Source of the DNA: an uncultured Christensenellaceae bacterium
GTDB lineage: Bacteria; Bacillota; Clostridia; Christensenellales; UBA3700
Direction: 5' to 3'
Assembly (NCBI GenBank): GCA_910588015.1
Contig: CAJUOK010000003.1
Coordinates: forward strand, 48,193 to 112,192
Length of the DNA stretch: 64,000 bases
The position numbers and the translations under genes are program-made. The notes beneath the pieces were generated by a model. The model was not told the DNA's origin, did not search any database, and was given only the letters and a program-made list of their open reading frames with translations. Below, one piece after another: positions 55,761 through 64,000 of the stretch (its first letter is position 1; the number at the start of each line of letters is the position of its first letter).

Positions 55761-56303
55761 TTACTTCCTCCTGGTGTTAAGTAATCTTTCCATCAAATCG
55801 TCCTGTGGGTTCGCGCCCGAATAATCAACCGTGCAGTTGTCCTTGACGATTTGATAAATTTCATTCCATTGCCTTATGGCTTGGTTCATGTACTGAATGC
55901 CAATATTAATGAACGGCGAAGGTATCGGCTTACCCGTGGTAGGATGCCTACCGAGCATACCGAGTTGGTTCGTCATCTCCTCGCACTGAATCCATCTCGC
56001 AGCGCAGACAGCGTATCGCTCAATAAGTTGCGGAGACACAATTGCCGTGCATCCTATCTTCTTCAACCACTGCCAAGTTTCAGTGTAGATTTCCTTGGCT
56101 TGCAGTTCACCACCGTCTCTCTGCTTTGCGGAAAGGAACTCGTGGGGTTCGGGCATCTCCACACCTTCTGTGTCGGGAATATCCAGAACCTTAATTGTTT
56201 TGCCACTGCCTTCTGCAAGTTTATCAATGGCAGGCTTCGGCTTTCTGCCAGCACCATTTCTTGCACCGCCTTTTCCGCCGATATTATTCGATTTTGTTGG
56301 CAC
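55761..56303 (-). CDS. terS: Terminase small subunit (P27-family-like).
   Basis: GGARNGAGRKPK N-terminus and position; from recall. Confidence 0.55.
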   Translation of the reverse strand: MPTKSNNIGGKGGARNGAGRKPKPAIDKLAEGSGKTIKVLDIPDTEGVEMPEPHEFLSAKQRDGGELQAKEIYTETWQWLKKIGCTAIVSPQLIERYAVCAARWIQCEEMTNQLGMLGRHPTTGKPIPSPFINIGIQYMNQAIRQWNEIYQIVKDNCTVDYSGANPQDDLMERLLNTRRK

Positions 56304-56473
56304 AAAGCCACCTCCTTTCTCTCGCCCAAAGGCATCGAAATTGTGACCTTTGAGCGGGAATTATTTTGGAAATCAGCTAGGCTTTAATTACCCTTTTGAT
56401 TTCGACGTTTTTGCGTAAGAAACCCCACGCCGATGCCCAAATAAAAAATCGTAGAGATTTGACCGCCCTACCC

Positions 56474-56869
56474 CTAACGCTCGGAAGGATGACGGTCACC
56501 AAGTTCGATATGGATTTTATTGTGGCAACTTCTGCACAAACTCATTAAGTTGCTGTCTGCATTCGAGCCGCCTCGGTTGACGGGTAAAATGTGGTGAACT
56601 TCTTCCACAGGTGTCAGCCGCCCTTCTGCAAGGCATCTCTCACAAAGCGGATGCGCTTTGACGTACCTTGCACGGATGCGCTTCCATTCTCGTCCATACT
56701 TCTTGTTGTGGTCGGAACTGCGCTGATATTTGTTGTAGCTGTTCACCGCCTGGCTCTTGTGCTTTGCACAGTAGGTTTCGTCCGTAAGATTTGGACAGCC
56801 AGGGAAGGCGCACGGTTTTTTCGGTTTGTGCGGCATACTGCCCTCCTTCATAGTTCGCGAAAAAAACAT
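56474..56869 (-). CDS. HNH endonuclease.
   Basis: CxxC ... HHILPVNRGGSNADSNLMSLCRSCHNKIH. Confidence 0.75.
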   Translation of the reverse strand: MFFSRTMKEGSMPHKPKKPCAFPGCPNLTDETYCAKHKSQAVNSYNKYQRSSDHNKKYGREWKRIRARYVKAHPLCERCLAEGRLTPVEEVHHILPVNRGGSNADSNLMSLCRSCHNKIHIELGDRHPSER

Positions 56870-56925
56870 CTCCTATTATGGAGAGCAGAATTATCTGTTC
56901 TACTACCACAATAGGAGGTGCCGTT

Positions 56926-57105
56926 ATGGACACGATTTTTGAAATAAAAATCAAGTCGTTAGAAGTTGCTATTGATAGACAAGCGTTGCGTATTCTGCAC
57001 AACGGAAGCCAGGTATTCAAAATCAGCCACATTGAAATCAAATCACTGGCTCTGCTCGTCATCAATAAGGTAAAGCAACTTCAAGAAAGCAAAGAAATCC
57101 AATAA
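56926..57105 (+). CDS. Small plus-strand ORF (59 aa) with an AGGAGG RBS.
   Basis: ATG at about 56926 after ATAGGAGGTGCCGTT; followed by a hairpin and the 26-bp palindrome. Confidence 0.3.
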   Translation: MDTIFEIKIKSLEVAIDRQALRILHNGSQVFKISHIEIKSLALLVINKVKQLQESKEIQ

Positions 57106-57152
57106 ATAATTAAGGGGTGCGGTTAATTCCGTTCCCCTTGATTATTACTCAG

Positions 57153-57178
57153 AATGCGCTAAAATTTTATGCGCATTT
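57153..57178. repeat. Second copy of the 26-bp palindromic motif (see 26483-26508).
   Basis: Identical sequence, downstream of a small plus-strand ORF in the prophage. Confidence 0.75.
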
Positions 57179-57270
57179 CCATTGCATAGAAAAAGGCTCG
57201 TGAGCTTTCGCCCACAAGCCTCTGTGTGATTTTCCACGATACCATTTTAACATAAGGAAAGGTATCTCAC

Positions 57271-57393
57271 AAGTACCATCAAGTGCCACTCAGGCACCAT
57301 ATAAGTACCATTGAGTGCCGACTTTCTAAAATACTGTTCGCATTCAACAATTTTCTACAATCTTGGGAATAAAATTCATACAATCTTGGGAAT
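57271..57393. repeat. Two pairs of direct repeats (AAGTACCATCAAGTGCC at 57271 and 57303; ACAATCTTGGGAAT at 57357 and 57380) in a 340-bp non-coding region.
   Basis: Read directly; iteron- or activator-site-like. Confidence 0.6.
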
Positions 57394-57411
57394 TACTTTG
57401 TGTTTTCAGAA

Positions 57412-57440
57412 AAAACCGCACCCTTTCAAGTGCGGTTCGG
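57412..57440 (-). terminator. Rho-independent terminator after the Phd-ParE operon (ACCGCAC-TTGAAAGG-GTGCGGT followed by TTTTTTCTG).
   Basis: Read directly; the same sequence family as the R1-R3 terminators. Confidence 0.55.
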
Positions 57441-57447
57441 TTGTTGA

Positions 57448-57771
57448 TTAAGTTATCTTCTTCAATACCCTTGTGTAATCTTTCTTGCCATTGAACACAG
57501 CGTTGATATAGACCTTCGCTAAAGACTCATCAACCGTATAGAAAATCAAATACTCTTTATGTACCAGAAACCTATACCCTGAACTCGACAAAGTCCTATC
57601 CTTTGGTATCGCCCCTGACATAGGAAAATCCACAAGTCTTGCACACTGGTCCGTTAGTTCTCTGACAAATCGCTTTGCAATTTCTTTATTCTTTGACTCT
57701 TCTGCGATATAAACTGCAATGTCTCTTAAATCCGATTTCGCTGTATCGGTGAATTCTATCGTATATTTCAT
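57448..57771 (-). CDS. ParE/RelE-family toxin.
   Basis: 107 aa; KYTIEFTDTAKSDLRDIAVYI...; downstream of and overlapping a Phd/YefM gene. Confidence 0.65.
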   Translation of the reverse strand: MKYTIEFTDTAKSDLRDIAVYIAEESKNKEIAKRFVRELTDQCARLVDFPMSGAIPKDRTLSSSGYRFLVHKEYLIFYTVDESLAKVYINAVFNGKKDYTRVLKKIT

Positions 57772-58064
57772 AATTCGATTTTATCAATATCCCTCAAGAT
57801 ATCTTCCACCGCCGAACTCATCGGTTGCACTCTGCCAAGTTTGATATCATCTTGCGCTTGAGCCAAGTGTGCGTAAAGTTGCAATCTTTCTTGCATCTCT
57901 GCTATTTGACGCTGTTGTTCCAAAAAGTCATTATGACTCATCAGCACAGTATCTTCACGCCCATTGACGGTTATCGCCACTGGATGCTGATGCGCTATTG
58001 CCGCTATCTGTGCATAGTTCGTCCTTATATCCTTTGAAGGTCTAATCGAGATTTCTCCGCTCAT
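57768..58064 (-). CDS. Phd/YefM-family antitoxin.
   Basis: 98 aa; IRTNYAQIAAIAHQHPVAITVNGREDTVLMSHNDF. Confidence 0.65.
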   Translation of the reverse strand: MSGEISIRPSKDIRTNYAQIAAIAHQHPVAITVNGREDTVLMSHNDFLEQQRQIAEMQERLQLYAHLAQAQDDIKLGRVQPMSSAVEDILRDIDKIEL

Positions 58065-58244
58065 AATTTCACCTCGCTTTATTTGGTAGTCATATTATAC
58101 CCTAATTTGACAACCTTGTCAATAGTATTTTATGCAAAAAACAAAAAAATAAGCACCGCATAACAGATTAAACGAGAATCTCTCATCGCCCCTGCCTCAA
58201 ACGGTGCTTAAAAATAGTATATTCAAAAACGACAACTATGTCAA

Positions 58245-58727
58245 TCATTCTGGAACTACTATTTTGCTTATTGCCTCCCTATGCCATCGCATTGCAGTCG
58301 TCTTTGCGATAGAGAGTTTTGCACAGACCATCCCCCACTCTAAATCTTGCAAATATCGAAGTATCAACAGTGCCTTGTAATCTTCGTTTGACAATTCTTC
58401 GATTACGCTTGTTATTTCGGCTTGAAGATTATCACGCTGTTCTTTCAGCTTTTCAACTTTCTCTTCAAGTTCGAGAACCTTATGCACCATTTTCGTAAAC
58501 GGCGCATCAGTGCTTCGACTTCTGCTTACCCTCGGTTCGTCATTTGAGGAACTTGACGGAGAGCAAGACAGTTCTCTATAAAAGCCGATATTCGTTTCTA
58601 GCTTTGCTATCTGCCGCCCAAGCACTGCTGCCTGCGACAAGTATTCCTCCTTTGTCATTACTTCTCTAACTCCTTCAATTTTGCTATGAACTTCGATTGC
58701 GGAATAATCGATAAATCGAGAAACCAT
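58245..58727 (-). CDS. Phage transcriptional regulator with a sigma-70 region-4-like HTH (ArpU/DUF1492-like); candidate late activator.
   Basis: C-terminus YKALLILRYLQDLEWGMVCAKLSIAKTTAMRWHREAISKI. Confidence 0.4.
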   Translation of the reverse strand: MVSRFIDYSAIEVHSKIEGVREVMTKEEYLSQAAVLGRQIAKLETNIGFYRELSCSPSSSSNDEPRVSRSRSTDAPFTKMVHKVLELEEKVEKLKEQRDNLQAEITSVIEELSNEDYKALLILRYLQDLEWGMVCAKLSIAKTTAMRWHREAISKIVVPE

Positions 58728-58891
58728 CCACTTTTTGCAAAGTCCATTATGCTCTCCATTTCTGCTTCGGCTTTTTTCCGCATTATCGAGCCTTCGGGGT
58801 AGGTCTTATGTATTTTCACGCACTGTTTATAGTCCGTTAGTGCTTGCATCACGATTGCTGCCGCCAAACCTCTAACTCCTACGCTATCCAT
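58658..58891 (-). CDS. Hypothetical small protein.
   Basis: ORF in track. Confidence 0.3.
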   Translation of the reverse strand: MDSVGVRGLAAAIVMQALTDYKQCVKIHKTYPEGSIMRKKAEAEMESIMDFAKSGWFLDLSIIPQSKFIAKLKELEK

Positions 58892-59354
58892 TGTTGATAA
58901 CCTCCTCCGTGAATTTGCCTAGCTGATTTACTTCAATGAGTATTCCACATTCGTCTTCGTACACCCAGCTCTTTTCCGCAGTCTCTCTTACAACCTGCGC
59001 ATCGTCTATCCAAAACCCTACTTCCGTCATACAGTCCTTGAGCATTTTTTCGAGATTGTCGGTATCGGGTTTCGTTATCCGCCACTCGTTAGCCTTATGC
59101 GACTTGCCTTTCGGAAACCGCCACGAGACTTTCAGCTCAATTGCACCCTCCATCGGTTCTTGCGGTTTGAAAGGTCGCAAATGCCGGATTATTTCCGCTT
59201 GCGCAACCTTGACATTTTCGGGTTTATAGAAAAAAGGTCTACCGCGCACTATTTTGACCTTGCGTTCTTGCGCCGTTACTGTCGGCGGAATCATAAAGAG
59301 AAAAATCTTCATTTCTGTTGCCTCCTTGTTTTTTTCAGAAAGGTTAAGAGCCAA
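58884..59354 (-). CDS. rusA: RusA-like Holliday junction resolvase.
   Basis: KPDTDNLEKMLKDCM (D-x-D-N motif); size. Confidence 0.6.
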   Translation of the reverse strand: MALNLSEKNKEATEMKIFLFMIPPTVTAQERKVKIVRGRPFFYKPENVKVAQAEIIRHLRPFKPQEPMEGAIELKVSWRFPKGKSHKANEWRITKPDTDNLEKMLKDCMTEVGFWIDDAQVVRETAEKSWVYEDECGILIEVNQLGKFTEEVINNG

Positions 59355-59492
59355 TAAACGGGAGGTGCTTGGGGATAGGACGGACTTTGAGTCCTATCCT
59401 ACAACCCCTCTCCGTATTGGCGGCGTCAGTTGCTATTTATAAGCCCTTTCTGCCAGTTTTTTCTGCCGCCAAAATTGCGCCTTCTGCCAATA

Positions 59493-61493
59493 TCACTTTT
59501 TGCGAGTTATTAAGCCTTTATGAGTCGCATATTCATCTGCGAATTCCGTAACTCTCGCTCGTACCGTCCGCTCGGCTATACCCAAGTATTCCGCTATTGT
59601 CGATGCCGGGCAAGTTCCATCAATTGAAACGTTTATATCAAAGGCTCTGTCGAACTCCTCCTTACGAAGCTCTGGTGTCTGCTTGCGCTTACCGCTCTTT
59701 GTAAGATTACTTTTGGGGTCTCCTTCGCTATATAAGCCGCCAAGTATGCCTTGCTCATCAACTCGGTGAATCGGGTATTCGAACCAGAAGTTGCGAGGCT
59801 TGAAGTTCGGGAACTCTCGAAGTGAGCATTCTAATCGCCAAGCCGTAGAGTTGAGATTATCGGCATTTTCGTTCAAGAACTCTTCGCTAGTTTCGAGCTG
59901 AATCATATCGAGTTGCGCATCGGGGTCTCTTGCGAAAACTCCACTGCCGGATGCTCTGTCCATTGCCTTTTTATAGCCTTGCGCGCCCTTCGAATGGTGA
60001 TGGCAGTAAATTGTAGCGCATCCAGAAACTTGGCAGATTTTATCAAACTGATTACAGAACTGCCCCATTTCAGAAGCGTTATTTTCATCCCCAGTAATGA
60101 CTTTATAAATGGGGTCGATTATGACCGCATCAAAGTGCTGACTGCTTACCCTTCGCAGCAGTTTCGGTACAAGCTTGTCAAGCGGTACGGCGTGACCGCG
60201 CAAATTCCAGATGTAAATATCATTTGGGTATTGCGGCTTGATATTCTGTGCCTTATAAATTTCCGAAAAGCGGTTGATGCACGATGCAGGGTCTATTTCG
60301 AGATTGACATATATGACCTTGGATTTCTTACACTCGAAACCGAGCCATTTCTTGCCTTCCGCCATTGCCACAGCAAGCTCCATCAATAGAAACGACTTAC
60401 CCGCTTTGGACGAACCCGAAATGAGCATTTTATGTCCGCAACGCAGAACGCCCTTGATGAGTTCGTCCGGCAGCTTCGGCGGATTTTCGAGTGCTTCACC
60501 GAGTAGCGTGAAAGCGGGCAATTCGTCATCCGCACCTTCGACATAGTCGAGCCAATCTACCCAAGACCGCCTTCCTATATTCGTTGCAATAAGCGTTTGC
60601 ATCTGCCCGTTCCGCGTAACCCCAGGCATACGAGAAAGCCGAGACGGATTTCTGTTCTGCTTGTCTACCTTCAGTCCGTTCTTTTCAAGATAGTCGTAAA
60701 GGAAATCGACACGCTTACGATATTCTTCGTAGTTTTCTGCATCCACCCTCACAATAGCGTGAAGGCTCTTTCCACCAGAGTGCGTGAGCGTTGCAATCGG
60801 TAATTCGAGCTTGCGGTAAAGCGCATCTTGCTCGGGTATCGGCATATCATCGCTTTCTACAAGCGCATAGGAAAACCGAGTAACGTTTTCGTTTTTAACG
60901 CCCATTCCATCAAGCGGATTAAATCGCACCCAGGCACCGCAGTCCTTTTTCCAATCCCCAATGGTTGCACCGAGGTCGTTCGGGTACTTGCGGATTTGCG
61001 CAATAAGTTCCGCTGCCGTGCGGTCATATACGCCCTTGCTCGGCATCCATTTGCCTTCGTTGTCTTTCCAGACATCATTTGAAACATAGCCAACCAGGTC
61101 ATTGGGTTCAAACAAGGTTTCAAGAAACTTTATAAGCTGTTCTGCCGGGGACTGCGTTTTCGGCAATTCGTATGTTACCCCGTCCCCGTCATACTCAATG
61201 ACATCGTTCCAGTCCATACACCCATCGCCTTCAAAGGCGTGAGGTGTGAACCCGCGCTCTTTCGCCATCTGCACTATCGTTCCGCCCGACACTGGTTTTG
61301 CCGAACCCGTGAAAGACTTCCACTTTCTCTCGCACTCGCCAGGCTTATACCGCTTGTCCGCTTGACTCCAACTATCCCAAACAGTCCAGTCGTAGCCTTC
61401 GGTCTTTAACGCCATACCAACCTGCACCCATTCTTCATAAGAAGTCGATGCCGCATCAATGTATTTCAGTGCTTCGAGAATGTTGTTTTCCAT
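59493..61493 (-). CDS. Primase-helicase (PriCT_2 N-terminus, prim-pol domain, P-loop NTPase C-terminus).
   Basis: YEEWVQVGMALKTEGYDW; LTHSGGKSLHAIVRV; GSSKAGKS Walker A. Confidence 0.75.
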   Translation of the reverse strand: MENNILEALKYIDAASTSYEEWVQVGMALKTEGYDWTVWDSWSQADKRYKPGECERKWKSFTGSAKPVSGGTIVQMAKERGFTPHAFEGDGCMDWNDVIEYDGDGVTYELPKTQSPAEQLIKFLETLFEPNDLVGYVSNDVWKDNEGKWMPSKGVYDRTAAELIAQIRKYPNDLGATIGDWKKDCGAWVRFNPLDGMGVKNENVTRFSYALVESDDMPIPEQDALYRKLELPIATLTHSGGKSLHAIVRVDAENYEEYRKRVDFLYDYLEKNGLKVDKQNRNPSRLSRMPGVTRNGQMQTLIATNIGRRSWVDWLDYVEGADDELPAFTLLGEALENPPKLPDELIKGVLRCGHKMLISGSSKAGKSFLLMELAVAMAEGKKWLGFECKKSKVIYVNLEIDPASCINRFSEIYKAQNIKPQYPNDIYIWNLRGHAVPLDKLVPKLLRRVSSQHFDAVIIDPIYKVITGDENNASEMGQFCNQFDKICQVSGCATIYCHHHSKGAQGYKKAMDRASGSGVFARDPDAQLDMIQLETSEEFLNENADNLNSTAWRLECSLREFPNFKPRNFWFEYPIHRVDEQGILGGLYSEGDPKSNLTKSGKRKQTPELRKEEFDRAFDINVSIDGTCPASTIAEYLGIAERTVRARVTEFADEYATHKGLITRKK

Positions 61494-63088
61494 TATGCCT
61501 TCGCTCCTTCGGGTACATATTTAGAGGGGTCAATGCCACGGGGCAAGAACCATCTGTTATTTGCAATTCTTGTTATCATCTTGCTTGCCGCTTCGAAACT
61601 CCAAGTACCCACATGGTAGAAACCGTAACGTTCCAAACAGCGTATCTGCTTCGGCGTTGCAAGTCCCTCAAACTGCCGAGTTTTCAGCTTGTCGATGATA
61701 AGCGTTGCTAAACCACAGTTCGTTACGCTCTCGGGATAGATGCCGTGCATTTCAAGGTAATCGAGCTGCCGTTCCGTGGGCGGAGACATCTCCCAAGCGA
61801 AGGTCGGCGTGTAATTTGCCAAGTCCTCCGCAGCAATCGAAAGCGCATATTGTATGGGGTCAACCAACTTTCTCTGACGCTTCTTCATAGCTTCAAGCTC
61901 ACGAGCAAGGCTCTCTTCCCTTTCACGGATGACATCGCTCTCCGCTTCATCCTCCGCAGCGATTAGGTCGATACCGCTCTCGTTGTCCATCATTTTTTTA
62001 TCGATGCGAGCGGCAATCTGCTCGTCTTTTGAAATAAGCGCCGAAGGTCTACAAAGGTCGTGCCGTTCTGTCATCCAAAGGAAATCAAGCAAAAGAAGCT
62101 CTTTCTTGTTGGGAGACAGTCGCATTCCCCGTCCGACCATTTGTTGGTATAAACTGCGAACCTTCGTAGGTCGTAACACAATGATGCAGTCTACACTGGG
62201 GCAGTCCCAACCTTCCGTCAGCAACATCGAATTACAAAGCACATCGTATTCGCCGTCTTCAAAGTTTTTGAGTATTTTGTCTCTATCTTTGCTTGCGCCA
62301 TTGACCTCGGCAGCTCGGAAGCCGTGAACATTCAACAGCTCACAGAAATTCTGCGATGTTTTGACGAGCGGTAGGAAAACCACTGTCTTTCTGCCCTTGC
62401 AATAGTTCAACATTTCAAGAGAGATTTGGTTTAAGTAAGGTTCAAGCGCACTGCCGATTTCGCCAACAGCATAGTCCCCGTTGGAAAATCCGACATTCGC
62501 AATATCCAATTCCAAAGGAATCATCTGTGCTTTTACAGGGCAAAGGAATTTGTCTCTTACCGCCTGGTTGAGTGTGTACTCAAACGCCTTGCTGTCGAAA
62601 AACTTACCGAGACTCTTTTGGTCTGCTCTGTCCGGGGTTGCCGTAACGCCGAGAACCTTTGCGGTATCGAAATAGCCGAGTATGCGTTGGTAGCTTTCGC
62701 TCATACAGTGATGAGCTTCGTCCACTACTATCAAATCGAAGTAGTCCTTGGGAAACTTCGCCAGCCTTCGCTCCTGACACAACGTTTGCACCGATGCCAC
62801 CGTTACTCGCTCGAATCTGCCAAGCGAAGTTGACTCGGCTTTTTCAAGCGCAGTGTCCAACCCACAAGCGAACTTCAATTTGTCCGATGCTTGGTCGAGC
62901 AACTCTCCGCGGTGTGCAAGGATAAGTGCGCGCTTCCCATTCAAGACACTACTTTCTACTACTTTCGCAAATACTATCTTGTTACCCGTACCCGTAGGAA
63001 GCACAACCAAAGTATGGTTATGCCCCCTTTGGAATTCGTCGGATACGGCTTGGATAGCACTCGACTGATAAGGTCGAAGTTCTATCAT
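61493..63088 (-). CDS. DEAH-box superfamily-2 helicase.
   Basis: LPTGTGNK (Walker A), VVDEAHH, helicase C motifs. Confidence 0.8.
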   Translation of the reverse strand: MIELRPYQSSAIQAVSDEFQRGHNHTLVVLPTGTGNKIVFAKVVESSVLNGKRALILAHRGELLDQASDKLKFACGLDTALEKAESTSLGRFERVTVASVQTLCQERRLAKFPKDYFDLIVVDEAHHCMSESYQRILGYFDTAKVLGVTATPDRADQKSLGKFFDSKAFEYTLNQAVRDKFLCPVKAQMIPLELDIANVGFSNGDYAVGEIGSALEPYLNQISLEMLNYCKGRKTVVFLPLVKTSQNFCELLNVHGFRAAEVNGASKDRDKILKNFEDGEYDVLCNSMLLTEGWDCPSVDCIIVLRPTKVRSLYQQMVGRGMRLSPNKKELLLLDFLWMTERHDLCRPSALISKDEQIAARIDKKMMDNESGIDLIAAEDEAESDVIREREESLARELEAMKKRQRKLVDPIQYALSIAAEDLANYTPTFAWEMSPPTERQLDYLEMHGIYPESVTNCGLATLIIDKLKTRQFEGLATPKQIRCLERYGFYHVGTWSFEAASKMITRIANNRWFLPRGIDPSKYVPEGAKA

Positions 63089-63102
63089 TTAGCACCTCGC
63101 TA

Positions 63103-63582
63103 TTAGAACGGGATGTCCCCATCGTCATCGCAAACGACAAGATTATCGATTGCCGTGAAAAAATCGGGATTGTAATCGTAGAACTTATCGATGTCGTTGA
63201 TGGTTTTTTCCTCGCCGCTATTGTTGGTATAGGTTCTCTGCTTGAAATGCGCTCTGCCCTTGCTGCCGACAACCTTATTCCAGTCCATAACGAGCTTTTC
63301 GCCCGCTTTCTTCTGTCCAATGCAACGGAAGAAGGATGCAATACGCCATTCGAGCGTTCTGTAAAGCAGTAAGTCGAACCTTACCACGCAAACGCCTTCT
63401 TTCGTCTTGACTTGCACGGTAATCGTTGCCTTGTTGCAAGCGGGAACTTTCTGTCCGCCGGGGAATCTGCCGCGCTCGAAGTTTGTAACGATGAAGTTGT
63501 AATCGCCCTCTTCAAGCAATACGAACTCCTGTCCGTCCGATTCGATGGTATCGTTCCAATCCATCATGTTCTTGTCTTCCAT
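63103..63582 (-). CDS. Hypothetical phage replication-module protein.
   Basis: ORF in track. Confidence 0.4.
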   Translation of the reverse strand: MEDKNMMDWNDTIESDGQEFVLLEEGDYNFIVTNFERGRFPGGQKVPACNKATITVQVKTKEGVCVVRFDLLLYRTLEWRIASFFRCIGQKKAGEKLVMDWNKVVGSKGRAHFKQRTYTNNSGEEKTINDIDKFYDYNPDFFTAIDNLVVCDDDGDIPF

Positions 63583-64000
63583 TATTCGTTTCCTCCGTTA
63601 TTGTTTTCTTTGATTGTTTGCACGATTTTTTTGAAATTGGGAATCACCCAACGATTGAAAAATTCGGGAGCGTATTCTTCAAGGATAGTCCCTTCGGGAT
63701 AGTGTCCCTTGGAAACCACAAGGCTTTCAAGCTGACCTTCCGTGATGCCGCTGTCCGCCACGAGTTTCTTGACCTTTTCTACAAGGTTCTCTGCCTTCAG
63801 TTCTTCCTTCTTGGGTGTATTTTTCTTTGTGGGGACATCGGTGAAAAGATGTGCGATTGCCGCAAAGTCAAGGTCAAGCTCGTCGGGAAGGTCAAATCTG
63901 TTTTTCGCATCCCAGCACGGGTTGTGAGTCGTGTACATTACACGCTTGCCGCCTTGCGCTTTCTTTGCGTTATTTTCCGTAGTAACTACGAAAGTCTTAT
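63582..64000 (-). CDS. Hypothetical protein, N-terminus beyond the window end (the reading frame is open to 64000).
   Basis: The frame of the 63582..63938 ORF stays stop-free up to the window edge. Confidence 0.35.
   Translation of the reverse strand, partial: KTFVVTTENNAKKAQGGKRVMYTTHNPCWDAKNRFDLPDELDLDFAAIAHLFTDVPTKKNTPKKEELKAENLVEKVKKLVADSGITEGQLESLVVSKGHYPEGTILEEYAPEFFNRWVIPNFKKIVQTIKENNNGGNE

Larger units (their letters stand above)
31450..64000 (-). mobile_element. Siphovirus-type temperate prophage (replication, packaging, head, tail and lysis modules on the minus strand); continues beyond the window. It may also include the recombinase triplet at 26591-31411.
   Basis: Complete colinear module order; shared promoter type links recombinases A and C to phage genes. 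Confidence 0.7.

Noticed and set aside
56640-57065. 141-aa minus-strand ORF overlapping the HNH gene.
   Set aside because: It overlaps the well-supported HNH endonuclease in another frame, has a Pro/Leu-rich low-complexity product and no RBS.
26483-57178. The two identical 26-bp copies as attL/attR direct repeats delimiting an element.
   Set aside because: The interval would cut the prophage between its packaging and replication modules, and serine-recombinase att sites do not form long direct repeats. Interpreted as a protein-binding palindrome instead.
1-64000. tRNA, rRNA or tmRNA genes at the element junctions.
   Set aside because: No T-arm (GGTTCGAATCC-like) or rRNA signatures were seen by eye at the junction regions (4.7-5.1 kb, 26.5 kb, 31.4-31.7 kb). 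A tRNAscan run would be needed to be sure.

Overview
This 64 kb window is dominated by mobile DNA from a low-GC Firmicutes-type genome, and almost all genes run on the minus strand. Three blocks can be distinguished.

(1) 1-4.7 kb: a chromosomal-looking three-gene minus-strand cluster. It encodes an SPFH/band-7-like protein with C-terminal zinc ribbons, a small protein, and a large protein that runs off the window start. The large protein has an N-terminal zinc ribbon, a TIR domain, three TM helices and C-terminal BspA-type leucine-rich repeats, giving an 'inverted Toll-like receptor' architecture.

(2) ~5.0-26.5 kb: a phage-like element without head genes in the window.
- At its left end is a late/lysis fragment with a BhlA-like plus SPP1/XhlB-like holin pair and no lysin.
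- Next is a ~10 kb minus-strand cargo island bounded by a strong terminator and co-oriented with a cI-like repressor. It carries a TARG1/DarG-type macrodomain, a RelB/DinJ-like antitoxin-domain protein, a PPP-family phosphatase, an RNase III homolog with two dsRBDs split at a T6 homopolymer, and a plus-strand tandem-HTH regulator.
- A divergent cI/cro switch with three operator-like repeats follows.
- Downstream is a translationally coupled plus-strand operon: a catalytically dead resolvase-domain paralog, a large serine recombinase, a stand-alone paralog of that recombinase's C-terminal domain, a small protein and two ParB-N-terminal-domain proteins.

(3) 26.6 kb to the window end: three tandem large serine recombinases (A/C paralogs flanking B), followed by a near-complete siphovirus-type prophage on the minus strand.
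- Structural and lysis modules: holin with no endolysin, PAPS-reductase-like protein, tail fibre/endopeptidase, Dit, tape measure, G/GT chaperone with an A_AAA_AAC -1 slippery site, major tail, head-tail connectors, HK97 capsid, ClpP-like protease, portal, TerL.
- Moron array: small genes each with a repeated promoter-plus-terminator unit.
- Packaging/modification: 803-aa multi-TRD C5-MTase, ParB-MTase fusion, truncated MetK-like SAM synthetase, TerS, HNH.
- Replication: Phd/ParE TA pair, ArpU-like regulator, RusA, primase, DEAH helicase.

A conserved promoter design (CACTGGATAT-N17-TAATRT) is shared by the moron array and recombinases A and C. A 26-bp palindrome is present identically in both elements. 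No rRNA, tRNA or CRISPR array was seen.
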